Shown: positions 29,240-38,449 of the stretch, piece after piece
Position numbering within the stretch: position 1 is the stretch's first letter
How the letters are laid out: each line of letters starts with the position of its first letter
DNA from: Promethearchaeota archaeon
Lineage (GTDB): Archaea > Asgardarchaeota > Lokiarchaeia > Sigyniarchaeales > SOKP01
DNA length: 64,000 nucleotides
Reading direction: 5' to 3'
Assembly (NCBI GenBank): GCA_030603385.1
Contig: JAUVXW010000009.1
Coordinates: 32,001-96,000 of the forward strand
Notes under the pieces: generated by a model
Databases searched by the model: none
What the model was told of the DNA's origin: nothing
The model's input: the letters and a program-made list of their open reading frames with translations, nothing else
Translations under genes and position numbers: made by a program

Positions 29240-30094
29240 TCACCGTTTTAAAAAGATTTTTTTTATTACCGAGTCCCCAAGAGGTACATATCTTTGAAAC
29301 ACTCCTGGAATACTTAATGTTTCAGGGATTAGATCCGCCCAACGTTGCTTCCTATCGACGGTAACTTTAACTGATCCTTGAATCCTTTCTTGAACGCTTA
29401 TAGGACCATATGAAAATATTAGCACTATACCCTTTCTTAAAGGATGAACAACTGCCATGTTATTAATTCCCCATGCGTTTCCTGGGGGTATAATAACGTC
29501 GCTTTCGTTTATAGATGGATTTGGAGTAATCTCAAGGGCTATATGCGTAACTCCTTTATCTAAAACTAGGGTTTTTTCTTTTGTGACTGTTATATCAAAA
29601 ATACGTTTGGGAAATCCCCAATCAACACCCATTTCCATCATCAACCATGTTTCAACTGGCATACTCAACACGAACCAAGTTTCTTCACCATCAGGGCATA
29701 TCCCCTTGATCATTACCATACTTTCATTATAGCGTGTTATTGAATTTCCAGTGTTATAATCAACCGTAACTAAAGATACAATAGGGTGCTCTGGCATGAT
29801 AAGATGTTTCGGTAGGAGTGATTGGTAAAGTTCAATATTAATAGGTTTAAAGGCAGCGAAAATACCATTTGTGCCTAAATCTCCACCGACTTTTACGGTT
29901 TTAGGATTAATTGTTGATTTACTCCTTGATCCATAGCCCCAATTGATGAGTTCTTTAATGTCATCATTTTTCACGAAATTACGTACACGTTGGATGATCA
30001 TACCACTATAATAAGCGTGTTCGACCTCATTTTTCGGACCAATTCCTCTATTTCTTGACTCTGTCATAATGATCAATAATTGTCCAATATACAT
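29240..30094 (-). CDS. Acetoacetate decarboxylase-like family protein
   Basis: LLPKHL, YNESMVMI, MGVDWGFPK (ADC-type GxxxWGFPK). Confidence 0.7.
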   Translation of the reverse strand: MYIGQLLIIMTESRNRGIGPKNEVEHAYYSGMIIQRVRNFVKNDDIKELINWGYGSRSKSTINPKTVKVGGDLGTNGIFAAFKPINIELYQSLLPKHLIMPEHPIVSLVTVDYNTGNSITRYNESMVMIKGICPDGEETWFVLSMPVETWLMMEMGVDWGFPKRIFDITVTKEKTLVLDKGVTHIALEITPNPSINESDVIIPPGNAWGINNMAVVHPLRKGIVLIFSYGPISVQERIQGSVKVTVDRKQRWADLIPETLSIPGVFQRYVPLGDSVIKKIFLKR

Positions 30095-30246
30095 AAATTG
30101 TTTTCATAATTATTAAAAACTAATTATAATAATAAATCCTATTTTGTTATAATTTTAAATGGGCTTGTTCTGAATAATAACCATGAAATTCAAATCAAAG
30201 AAATTCTTAATTGAAGTAAGTTAAAAAAAAACTACGTTTGATATCG

Positions 30247-31050
30247 ATGAAAATAGCCGTCTCAGGAAAAGGTGGGGTTGGAAAAACTCTTATAGCTGGT
30301 ACGTTGGCAAGAATGTTTGCTAAAGATGGATTTAATGTGTTAGCCATCGACAACGATTCTGCTATGAACCTAAGTTATACTCTTGGTATTGATTCAGAAA
30401 CTAAAGAAAAAATTGTTCCAATCTCAGAAATGAAAAAACTAATTGAAGAGAGAATAGCTGTCAACGGGGCGGGACCTGGAGTATATAACATTAATCCTAA
30501 AGTTTCAGATATTCCAGATAGATATAAAATATCAGGTCCGGATGGCTTACAACTTCTAGTACTTGGTTCAATTGAGGAACCTGCAACAGGATGTCTTTGT
30601 CCTGAAAATGCGTTAATAAGAACATTATTGTATAATTTGTTTGTTAAAAGAGAAGAAGTTATTATCGTCGATTTTGAAGCGGGATTAGAACATTTAGGAC
30701 GAGGAACAGCTAAAGGTATTGATGTAATGCTTGTAATAACAGAACCTTCCCAAAAATCATTAGATCTTTGCAACAAAATTATAGACTTATCAAAAAAATT
30801 AGGTGTTAATAATATTTATCTAATCGCAAATAAAATAACTGATGATACTCAAAGAGATATTATTAACAAACGAATTGAAGATTGGGAGGTACCTCTTTAC
30901 CATTCAATTCCTTTTGATTTTGAAATAGGAAAAGCCGATTTGAATGGAGAATCCCCCATAGATTTTAATCAAGATTCTCAAGGTATACAAGCCATTAAAA
31001 ATCTCTACTCTAAATTAAAAAAATTGAAAAAAGAAATTATCGATTTATAG
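30247..31050 (+). CDS. cooC: CooC-family nickel-insertion ATPase
   Basis: MKIAVSGKGGVGKT, GCLCPEN, DFEAGLEHLGRGT. Confidence 0.92.
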   Translation: MKIAVSGKGGVGKTLIAGTLARMFAKDGFNVLAIDNDSAMNLSYTLGIDSETKEKIVPISEMKKLIEERIAVNGAGPGVYNINPKVSDIPDRYKISGPDGLQLLVLGSIEEPATGCLCPENALIRTLLYNLFVKREEVIIVDFEAGLEHLGRGTAKGIDVMLVITEPSQKSLDLCNKIIDLSKKLGVNNIYLIANKITDDTQRDIINKRIEDWEVPLYHSIPFDFEIGKADLNGESPIDFNQDSQGIQAIKNLYSKLKKLKKEIIDL

Positions 31051-31088
31051 TTCTCCATAGATTTATTTTTAATTCTATAAATCTTAAG

Positions 31089-31331
31089 TTATAGCATCTC
31101 GGATAAATCTAAATCTTGTTCTTCTGCAAGTTCCTTCCACTGTTCTATTGACTCTAATGCATCTTTTTCATCCATCATTTCAATTGCATAACCTGCATGG
31201 ACAATAACGAATTTCCCAACCTCTGGATCTTGAATTAAAGCTATAATTACTTTTTGTTTGATACCATCAAAATCTATTAATGCTGAATTTCCATCGATTT
31301 TCAAGATTTTTCCTGGTATGGCTAGACACAT
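31089..31331 (-). CDS. hypC: [NiFe]-hydrogenase maturation chaperone HypC
   Basis: MCLAIPGKI...VIVHAGYAI. Confidence 0.95.
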   Translation of the reverse strand: MCLAIPGKILKIDGNSALIDFDGIKQKVIIALIQDPEVGKFVIVHAGYAIEMMDEKDALESIEQWKELAEEQDLDLSEML

Positions 31332-31499
31332 ATTAAATCAGTTTGGAACTTTATTTTATACACATTTGATAATATATAAAACCAAATAAAATTATTGATT
31401 CATTTTCAAAAGAGAACCATTTATTTTTAAGTATAATGAAAACAATATATTTCTAATACATTAGCTTAAAAATTCATTAAATAAAATACGTGAAGAAAA

Positions 31500-32054
31500 A
31501 TGTTCTTGGATAGATTTAAAAAATTTCCTAAAAATAGAATCTTGTACCTTATAACAATAGCAGGTTTCTTGATCGTTCTATTAGTAGAAATATTCGTATT
31601 TATACCTATTGAAGCTACTGTCTCTGGGTATGGTATCTTGGATTATGAGTTTGCTTGGACTTCAAGCCGAGTCGAAATTATTTTTTCTGTGTGGGGTACT
31701 GATGGAATAGATAATCAACTAATGGCAATATATTGGGACTTCTTATTTATTGTTGGCTATGTTTCATTGGCTTTTGGTTTAATAATCATAGTATTACGGA
31801 GATCAAATAGCAAAATCGAGACTATTGGATCTTTTATGGCTATAACACCCTTTTTAACAGGAATTTTTGACGTAATTGAGAATGTATTTTTAATAACAAT
31901 GGCTAATACTCCGACTTCTGTTTCAAATCCTCAACCTTTAATAGCCTCTTTAAGCGCAACGCTGAAATTTGGTCTCTTATTTGCTGCAATAATATATTTC
32001 GTTATAGCCCTAATAACTATTTTAATCACCAAATTTAAAAAGAGAAATGAGTAA
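31500..32054 (+). CDS. Four-TM membrane protein
   Basis: Hydrophobic segments; DFLFIVGY and FDVIEN motifs. Confidence 0.75.
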   Translation: MFLDRFKKFPKNRILYLITIAGFLIVLLVEIFVFIPIEATVSGYGILDYEFAWTSSRVEIIFSVWGTDGIDNQLMAIYWDFLFIVGYVSLAFGLIIIVLRRSNSKIETIGSFMAITPFLTGIFDVIENVFLITMANTPTSVSNPQPLIASLSATLKFGLLFAAIIYFVIALITILITKFKKRNE

Positions 32055-32114
32055 AAATCGATTTAATTAAACAGTATAATTAAATTAACAAGGAGCCCAA
32101 AGGCTCCAGTTTGG

Positions 32115-32915
32115 CTAATCTCTTCGAGAATAAAAGGCAACTAAATCATCAAGCCAGTTAAAGATCTCTTCCTTAGATAAGCCATCAACATTGAATTTTA
32201 GTCTATCTAATTCTCGTAATAAATTCTTTATATCTAAGGGAACAGGATTATGACATAATTCAAATAAGTATTCATTAGTCTTTGTTACTAGTGCCTTTAT
32301 ACCTAAATCCATCGGATCAAAAACTGATTTTTTAGTTACTTCACTAATGCTTTTATCTAATTCAACCAGATGATTTATTAAGTCAAATAGACGCCCAGTT
32401 TCATTTCCCTTAAAGGAACTCCCTACTTGATAATAATATCCTTTATAATCATCTATAGGTATTAATTCCATATATTTATTGGCTATTTTGATAACAGATT
32501 TCACATTTTTATAAAGGTTTGATGGTGCCCATGAATGAATATCAAAACTGGATTCAATTTTTTCATTATGAACTACTAATCTAAATTTATGCTCATCCTT
32601 AAAATAACCAAAAGGAATTATGACAAAATCCAAAGAATTCATAGGTTCTTTATTTAAAACATATTTAAGATCATTTATCATATGAATTTGATCAATCGAA
32701 TGCTTATAAAGATCAAATTTAATTCTTGTAGAATGAGGCTTATACATATAAAAAAGTAATCCTTCAAATCCTTGGATGTCTAATTCTATTGAATATTCTA
32801 TTTGTTCTTGAATGATGTCTCTATTATTAAATCTTATATTCAAAAACAAATGATAATAATTTTCTATATGATGAAAAAACCAAGGAACCTCCCGATTTAG
32901 ATTATAAAGAACCAT
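32115..32915 (-). CDS. Hypothetical protein
   Basis: 266-aa ORF. Confidence 0.65.
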   Translation of the reverse strand: MVLYNLNREVPWFFHHIENYYHLFLNIRFNNRDIIQEQIEYSIELDIQGFEGLLFYMYKPHSTRIKFDLYKHSIDQIHMINDLKYVLNKEPMNSLDFVIIPFGYFKDEHKFRLVVHNEKIESSFDIHSWAPSNLYKNVKSVIKIANKYMELIPIDDYKGYYYQVGSSFKGNETGRLFDLINHLVELDKSISEVTKKSVFDPMDLGIKALVTKTNEYLFELCHNPVPLDIKNLLRELDRLKFNVDGLSKEEIFNWLDDLVAFYSRRD

Positions 32916-33117
32916 ATTTAGCTCAATTCAAGAAATTAATTGTTATATTCTTATATTTAAAAAGTTTAAGAAACCCAACTTATTAATGAAATCTTTATTA
33001 TTTAAATTTTACAATCCAGAAAATTTCTTATTTTGTAATAATCCCTAAGATAAATACAATGGAATTGGATAATTGTACAAATTTATAAAATTCCAAATTA
33101 TCTTTCTTATTTAAACT

Positions 33118-33315
33118 TTACAACCGTTCTTCTAATCTCTTTTTAGCATTTTCCATGACTTGTTTATGAGGAATTACTTTTCCTAGCTCAACCTCTTCAA
33201 TGCCCGTTAATATCTTCTTTTTAACATATAGATGATACATGATATCATCAATTGTAGCATCTTCTGGTAATTTTCTTATAAGAGCTATTATTTCTTCCTT
33301 AAGATTAGTAGTCAT
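33118..33315 (-). CDS. Putative antitoxin of the type usually paired with RelE/ParE toxins
   Basis: KEEIIALIRKLPEDATIDDIMYHLYV...GIEEVELGKVIPH pattern; no intact toxin ORF downstream. Confidence 0.6.
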   Translation of the reverse strand: MTTNLKEEIIALIRKLPEDATIDDIMYHLYVKKKILTGIEEVELGKVIPHKQVMENAKKRLEERL

Positions 33316-33473
33316 AAGTTCTCACTATCTAAATAACCATTTTAACTTTTATAATTACTTATCCACTTCTAATAACAAGAACTCATTAAATTTAAAAAAA
33401 AAATAATTGACAATCCAAATTACAAAAAATAAAGAAAATAAAAAAAATAAATTAAATATTAATTTAAGACTTT

Positions 33474-34337
33474 TTATAAATCTATTTTCAATCGGACTCG
33501 ATGGAATTTTAATCCTATATCATCAGGACTAATTCCCATTGCTAAAGCATACAATTCAGTTAAATACAGAACAGGTATATTATATTCTGTCTCAAACTTC
33601 TTAGAAAGATCTCTTTGTCGTGTATCAAATTGTTGGAAACAAGCAGGACAATTTACTACGATTATATCTGCTCCCGCATTTTTAATGCTATCCATCTTAA
33701 TCTTTAGATTTGCTAATCCATGTTCTTCATATGCATTTGTAACTGCAGATCCACAACAAAGTGCTAACTCTTCATAATCCACAACTGTTGCACCACTTGC
33801 AGCTACAAGTTCTTTTAAGTTTACAGGTCTCATCGGATCATCTGATTCCATCCATTCAGCGGGTCTCATATAATGACACCCAGGATGGCACGCAACTTTT
33901 AAACCGCTTAATTGTTTCGTAAAGGAACCTTTAATTTTATCAATCCCAACTTCGTCTTTTAAAACATCTACGAAATGCTTTACATCAATAAATCCCTTAA
34001 ATTCTTTACCAATCTTTGCTAATTCAGCATTGACTTTTTCTTTCTTAAGACTATCATGCTTCAGCTGATGCTGCACGCCTCTTAATGTATTTGTACAACC
34101 ATTACATAAGGAAATAATGTCTTTTCCCTCTGCTTCTGCTAATGTAAGATTTCGCGCTCCAAGTGCTAGCCACGCATCATTATCGAAACTTTTCATTCCA
34201 GTTGGATCAGGACAACACGAAAATGGAGCCTGTGATGTCTCAATTCCAAGCTTTTCAAAAACTTTCTTTGAAGCAGCTTCGATAAAGGGGATTCGATTTC
34301 CAATAACACAACCTTGAAAAATTTTATATTCTGTCAT
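33474..34337 (-). CDS. hdrB: Heterodisulfide reductase subunit B
   Basis: Two CCG domains: FQGC...SCCP...LCNGC and HPGCH...LCCG...NCPACFQQFD. Confidence 0.93.
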   Translation of the reverse strand: MTEYKIFQGCVIGNRIPFIEAASKKVFEKLGIETSQAPFSCCPDPTGMKSFDNDAWLALGARNLTLAEAEGKDIISLCNGCTNTLRGVQHQLKHDSLKKEKVNAELAKIGKEFKGFIDVKHFVDVLKDEVGIDKIKGSFTKQLSGLKVACHPGCHYMRPAEWMESDDPMRPVNLKELVAASGATVVDYEELALCCGSAVTNAYEEHGLANLKIKMDSIKNAGADIIVVNCPACFQQFDTRQRDLSKKFETEYNIPVLYLTELYALAMGISPDDIGLKFHRVRLKIDL

Positions 34338-34354
34338 TTTCTTTTACCCTCGAA

Positions 34355-34861
34355 TTATTTTAATTTTTTATCTGAACCAATGTTTTTTAATAATGTTTGT
34401 ACTTCATTAACATCCGGAACAATTATAGCTGGTAATCCTAATTGTTCTCTTCTCCTTTCAATTGCTGGTTGTGGTGGAATTGCTTTAGCACTATCGAATA
34501 TTGCTTTAGCTTGTGCGTAAATGAAATCTGGACCCTTTCCTAAAGCTATACTTTGATTTTTCAAAAAGGTAAAAATCTCAGTAAGCTCTATATTTTGAGG
34601 ACAAACTTCATCACAAGTATCACATACAGTACAACCCCATATTCCTAACTCATCTCCTCCAAGAAGTAAATCTTTGTATCCTAAAAGAGCGGCTAAAATA
34701 TTTTTTCTAGGATCGTATCCCGTTGTAGTATAAAAGTCAGCTGTAACAGCAGTTACGGGGCAATTATCGGAACATCGACTACATTGATAGCAATATTTAA
34801 TTACATCAGACCCAATATGAAAATCCATAACTTGTTTTCTAAATTCAAAATTCGCTTCCAT
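34355..34861 (-). CDS. hdrC: Heterodisulfide reductase subunit C; start at ATG 34861, not 34927
   Basis: CYQCSRCSDNCP and IWGCTVCDTCDEVCP; adjacent to hdrB. Confidence 0.92.
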   Translation of the reverse strand: MEANFEFRKQVMDFHIGSDVIKYCYQCSRCSDNCPVTAVTADFYTTTGYDPRKNILAALLGYKDLLLGGDELGIWGCTVCDTCDEVCPQNIELTEIFTFLKNQSIALGKGPDFIYAQAKAIFDSAKAIPPQPAIERRREQLGLPAIIVPDVNEVQTLLKNIGSDKKLK

Positions 34862-34906
34862 TTTTTTTCCACTTTTTTTGTTTTTTTTGAATAACTTATT
34901 AATTTT

Positions 34907-34982
34907 GTAGGTTTTAACCCCACGCAAGGGGCAGTTATATCCAATTTCTATTATTTTTATTGGACATTCATCCTAAACCTAC
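34907..34982 (-). promoter_or_regulatory. Candidate SECIS-like structure at and after the vhuU stop codon
   Basis: Minus strand: GUAGGUUU-AGG-AUGA-AUGUCCAAU-[AAAAAUAAUAGAA]-AUUGGAUAU-AACUG-CCCC[UUGCGU]GGGG-UUA-AAACCUAC. Confidence 0.55.
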
Positions 34983-35117
34983 GTTCATCTCTCGAGAGTA
35001 AATCTCTGCGCCTTCTTCATCAACAACTGTGATGTGAGCTGCGCATGATAGTCAACAGTCAAAACAACGAACTATCATTTCTAAGATATTTACTACTCCT
35101 TCTGGTATATCACTCAT
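34968..35117 (-). CDS. vhuU: Selenocysteine-containing [NiFeSe]-hydrogenase subunit VhuU (49 aa), absent from the ORF track
   Basis: MSDIPEGVVNILEMIVRCFDC-U-LSCAAHITVVDEEGAEIYSREMNVGLG*. The in-frame TGA at 35052-35054 occupies the first ligand position of the L2 motif that the upstream large subunit lacks. Confidence 0.92.
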
Positions 35118-35150
35118 CTTTTTTTTTCACACTCTAAATTTTGATTTAGT

Positions 35151-36458
35151 TTATTTTATCCATGGTTCTGGTAATTTTAATCCATCTAACGCCTTATCTT
35201 CAAATACCTGTTTAGCAACATGCATTAATGTTTTTTCGATTCCAGCAATATTGTGATTAGTCGCAACTAAGAGATTTGCTTTCTTACAGATACCTTCAGC
35301 ATCTGAAAAGATATGGTACAACAAAAGTCCTCTTGGTGCTTCTACTACGCCAACCCCATCAGCTTCTCTTGGCTGAACATCCAATGTTTTGCAATCCGGA
35401 TTTACAATATCAGGATCCTGAAGTAATGTAGCAATCATTTCAATTGATTCAACAAGTTCTATAAGCCTAGCCCAGTGATATGCAAATGTGTGATGAGGTA
35501 TGTTTGTTCCCAATTTGGCTCTCATCGCTTGTAATGCTTCATCGGCTAAAGGTGTTGCCATTTTATCAGCAGCGTTAATCATTGCTAATGTGTTTGCTCG
35601 ATAAATACCTTCAGGATATCCAGCAGGTTTATAATACATATGGGTTGCATAAGAATGTTCAGGAATGTGTTCTCCTAAGGCATCTAAATATTTTTGAGGA
35701 GCATAATCAAATTTTTCTCCAGTAGGAGAAACAATTCTAATATCTCCTTCATAGATGTCGTGAACACCATTCTTAGTCATTCCTACGTAGTATGTTGGAA
35801 CAACTCCTACGTTAGCTACAACGTCCCAATAGTCATCGATAACCTTTAAACCAATTTCAACTGTTTTCTTGCTCCATTCTACTTGGTCTTCAATCTGCTT
35901 CAAAAATAAGTCTCGAGCACTTTCATCCATTGGTTTTTTCATACCTCCAACTATTGCAGATACTGGATGAACAGACTTCCCACCTACTGTAGCACACAAT
36001 TTCTGTCCAAAATCCATCATTTTCAATGCCATTGCACCTACATCTGGCATTTTATTGATTACATGAACTACATTCCTTAATGCAGGATCAGCGAAAGGTC
36101 CTAATAAGAAATCAGGAGCTGCAAGTGCATAGAAATGTAACGTATGTGAGGAGTATTGTTTTGCATTTATTAACAATTGTCGCAATTTCAAAGCTGGAGT
36201 AGGGATTTCGACACCCCACGCATCTTCAATAGCCTTAGTTGGAGCTATATGATGAGGAATTGGACAAATTCCACAAATTCTAGGTGTTATTCTTGGAATG
36301 TGTTCACAATAACGTCCCTCAAGAAATTTTTCAAAAAACCTCGTTGATGTGATGTTAAATTGAACATCTTGAACTTTTCCATCATCACTTAAAACTATTC
36401 TCAAACCTCCGTGCCCTTCTAATCGAGTTACGGGCTCTACTACTATTTCTTTTACCAT
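35151..36458 (-). CDS. vhuA: Group 3c F420-non-reducing hydrogenase large subunit, split form lacking the C-terminal CxxC
   Basis: IVVEPVTRLEGHG, RICGICPIPH (L1), VEAPRG, LVATNHN; no DPCxxC at the C-terminus; ATG at 36458. Confidence 0.92.
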   Translation of the reverse strand: MVKEIVVEPVTRLEGHGGLRIVLSDDGKVQDVQFNITSTRFFEKFLEGRYCEHIPRITPRICGICPIPHHIAPTKAIEDAWGVEIPTPALKLRQLLINAKQYSSHTLHFYALAAPDFLLGPFADPALRNVVHVINKMPDVGAMALKMMDFGQKLCATVGGKSVHPVSAIVGGMKKPMDESARDLFLKQIEDQVEWSKKTVEIGLKVIDDYWDVVANVGVVPTYYVGMTKNGVHDIYEGDIRIVSPTGEKFDYAPQKYLDALGEHIPEHSYATHMYYKPAGYPEGIYRANTLAMINAADKMATPLADEALQAMRAKLGTNIPHHTFAYHWARLIELVESIEMIATLLQDPDIVNPDCKTLDVQPREADGVGVVEAPRGLLLYHIFSDAEGICKKANLLVATNHNIAGIEKTLMHVAKQVFEDKALDGLKLPEPWIK

Positions 36459-36462
36459 TTTT

Positions 36463-37770
36463 TTATACACCTCCTTTTCTACTTGCCAGAGTGAATTTTT
36501 CAAAAGTGCCAATAGGATCTTTTACCTGAGCGAGTAGTTCCTGTTTGGATAAACTCACATTAAATCCTTTCAATACTGTATCCGCAAATCTCTCTGCTTG
36601 GTTAACACCCCATTCTGTTTGGCCATAACAGCCAGAACATGGTGTATTAACCTTTATACATAAACCACCGCAGCCAGCACGAGTGACAGGTCCCATACAG
36701 ATATATCCTTGTTCAATAAGGCAATCATCCATATTAGGAAGTCCCTCATAGTCTCTTTTAACTCTTGTCATCGTTGATTTACTTCCAATAATTCTTGGAC
36801 ATGTGTCACAAACATTTGAAATTTCAGTGAATTCTGGATTATCCCTTAGAAAACTCATTAAACTCCCTGAAATTTCTGTAGTTGTGGGGGGCATATTTGC
36901 TAAGGGTGTCTCAGGTGCTCCGCGTTTCTTAATTTGTTTTAAGATATCTCCAGCTAAATCAAATCCCGCCATTAAGGGAATATTGAGAAACAGCGTTAAG
37001 AATTCATAGAGGTTCTTTTTATCACCTGAACTGATTGAGCCAAGGTTTTTAGTCATATTATTCAGCTTCTCCGCTCTAGAATCTACTGTTTTTGCCGGTC
37101 CAAAACAACCTACACAAGGTTTTCTATCACTTGTACACTTTAAGCTACAGCCGATACTTGTAATAGGTCCGAAGCATAAGGTTCCTGCATCTAATAAACA
37201 ACTATCTTTTATCGCACAATCATTACAAAATGCGAGATCATTCATAGGAAAAGGTTTTTGTCCCAATAAAAAGACCACCGAACTTATAATTTGTTCTGTC
37301 TTAGGAGGACAACCCGCCATATAAACGTCTACATTGATAACCTCATCAACATTTACAATCTTATCTTGAAACGGAGGTACATGTTGAGTTGGAATCGTCT
37401 GATCAGTTGCAGATTCTACTTCCATGAATTTTCGTTTTATACATTCTTCAATGTCCCATTGATTCGCTAAACCTGCTACATTTCCATAGCAGGAACATGA
37501 ACCAAATGCTATAATAAGAGCACATTTCTGTCTCATCAGTTTAACATTTTCATAGTCCTCTTTTGTTCTGATTGCTCCTTCAATAAAACCGACTAATATT
37601 GAACCGTCTTCTCTAGCTTTTAATGAATCGTGTTTGAAATCAACTACTGCTGGCCAGTAAACTATTTCGAGTGCTGGAAGAACTGGTAACAATCCTAAGT
37701 GTGCATTTAATAAGGACTGATGACATCCCCAACAATCGGAAAGTTGCATAAAAGCTACTTTTACTGCCAT
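36463..37770 (-). CDS. vhuG: F420-non-reducing hydrogenase small subunit with a duplicated Fe-S module
   Basis: SDCWGC, EGAIR, FGSCSCYG, GCPP, followed by two CxxC...CL...C.GP.T..GC...C.....PC.GC.G modules. Confidence 0.9.
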   Translation of the reverse strand: MAVKVAFMQLSDCWGCHQSLLNAHLGLLPVLPALEIVYWPAVVDFKHDSLKAREDGSILVGFIEGAIRTKEDYENVKLMRQKCALIIAFGSCSCYGNVAGLANQWDIEECIKRKFMEVESATDQTIPTQHVPPFQDKIVNVDEVINVDVYMAGCPPKTEQIISSVVFLLGQKPFPMNDLAFCNDCAIKDSCLLDAGTLCFGPITSIGCSLKCTSDRKPCVGCFGPAKTVDSRAEKLNNMTKNLGSISSGDKKNLYEFLTLFLNIPLMAGFDLAGDILKQIKKRGAPETPLANMPPTTTEISGSLMSFLRDNPEFTEISNVCDTCPRIIGSKSTMTRVKRDYEGLPNMDDCLIEQGYICMGPVTRAGCGGLCIKVNTPCSGCYGQTEWGVNQAERFADTVLKGFNVSLSKQELLAQVKDPIGTFEKFTLASRKGGV

Positions 37771-38449
37771 TTTACATCATTTTTTGTTTATAGTTTTTAA
37801 ATTAATTTTAAATATAATTGTTTAGGTTAATTTATTTCCCACTCAATTAAAAAATTCTGCTTTTCTTTATCTTTGGAGTAAAATTGTTTATGGATAAATA
37901 TGAATTATTATTCATAACTAATTTTTTTTTAGGTTCAGTTAATTAGATGAATGAATTCTTTTGAATAATTATTCATTTTATTGTAAATTTTGTCTATAAA
38001 GGTATCATTTCTAGCAATTCTTACTTAGAAGAATTTAGCTAATTTGATAATTAAAGAAAAAGTTTTCTTTATCATTTAAACCATTGATAAATAGATACAG
38101 ATTTTGAATAATTATTAATTTTATATAATTGTTAGATTATATTCGCAACGTCAAAAATAACAAATCTAACTATTCCTAGAACTATTAATATATGTCCTAA
38201 GTGTAATAAAAAAAGTAAAATAACTCAAGATAAAAGTATGAACAAAGATGAAATAATTCAGTGGTTTTCTCTCTTCATCAATATAAATAAAGATAATTTC
38301 ACATTAGATTGGTTTAGAGGGCAAAAGTTAACATTTGAGAGTATTTATGAAATGAGAAAACAACCTTATTAATCAAAATTTATATAAAAGAAAGCAACCT
38401 AATTATTAATTACTTACAAATTATATTTTACAAATTTGGCGAAATTAAT

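Noticed and set aside
34862-34927. N-terminal extension of HdrC in the ORF track
   Set aside because: It runs through the SECIS-like hairpins and A-tracts; ATG 34861 gives a normal HdrC
38180-38370. Fragment with CPKC followed by coding-like sequence
   Set aside because: Multiple stops and no identifiable family
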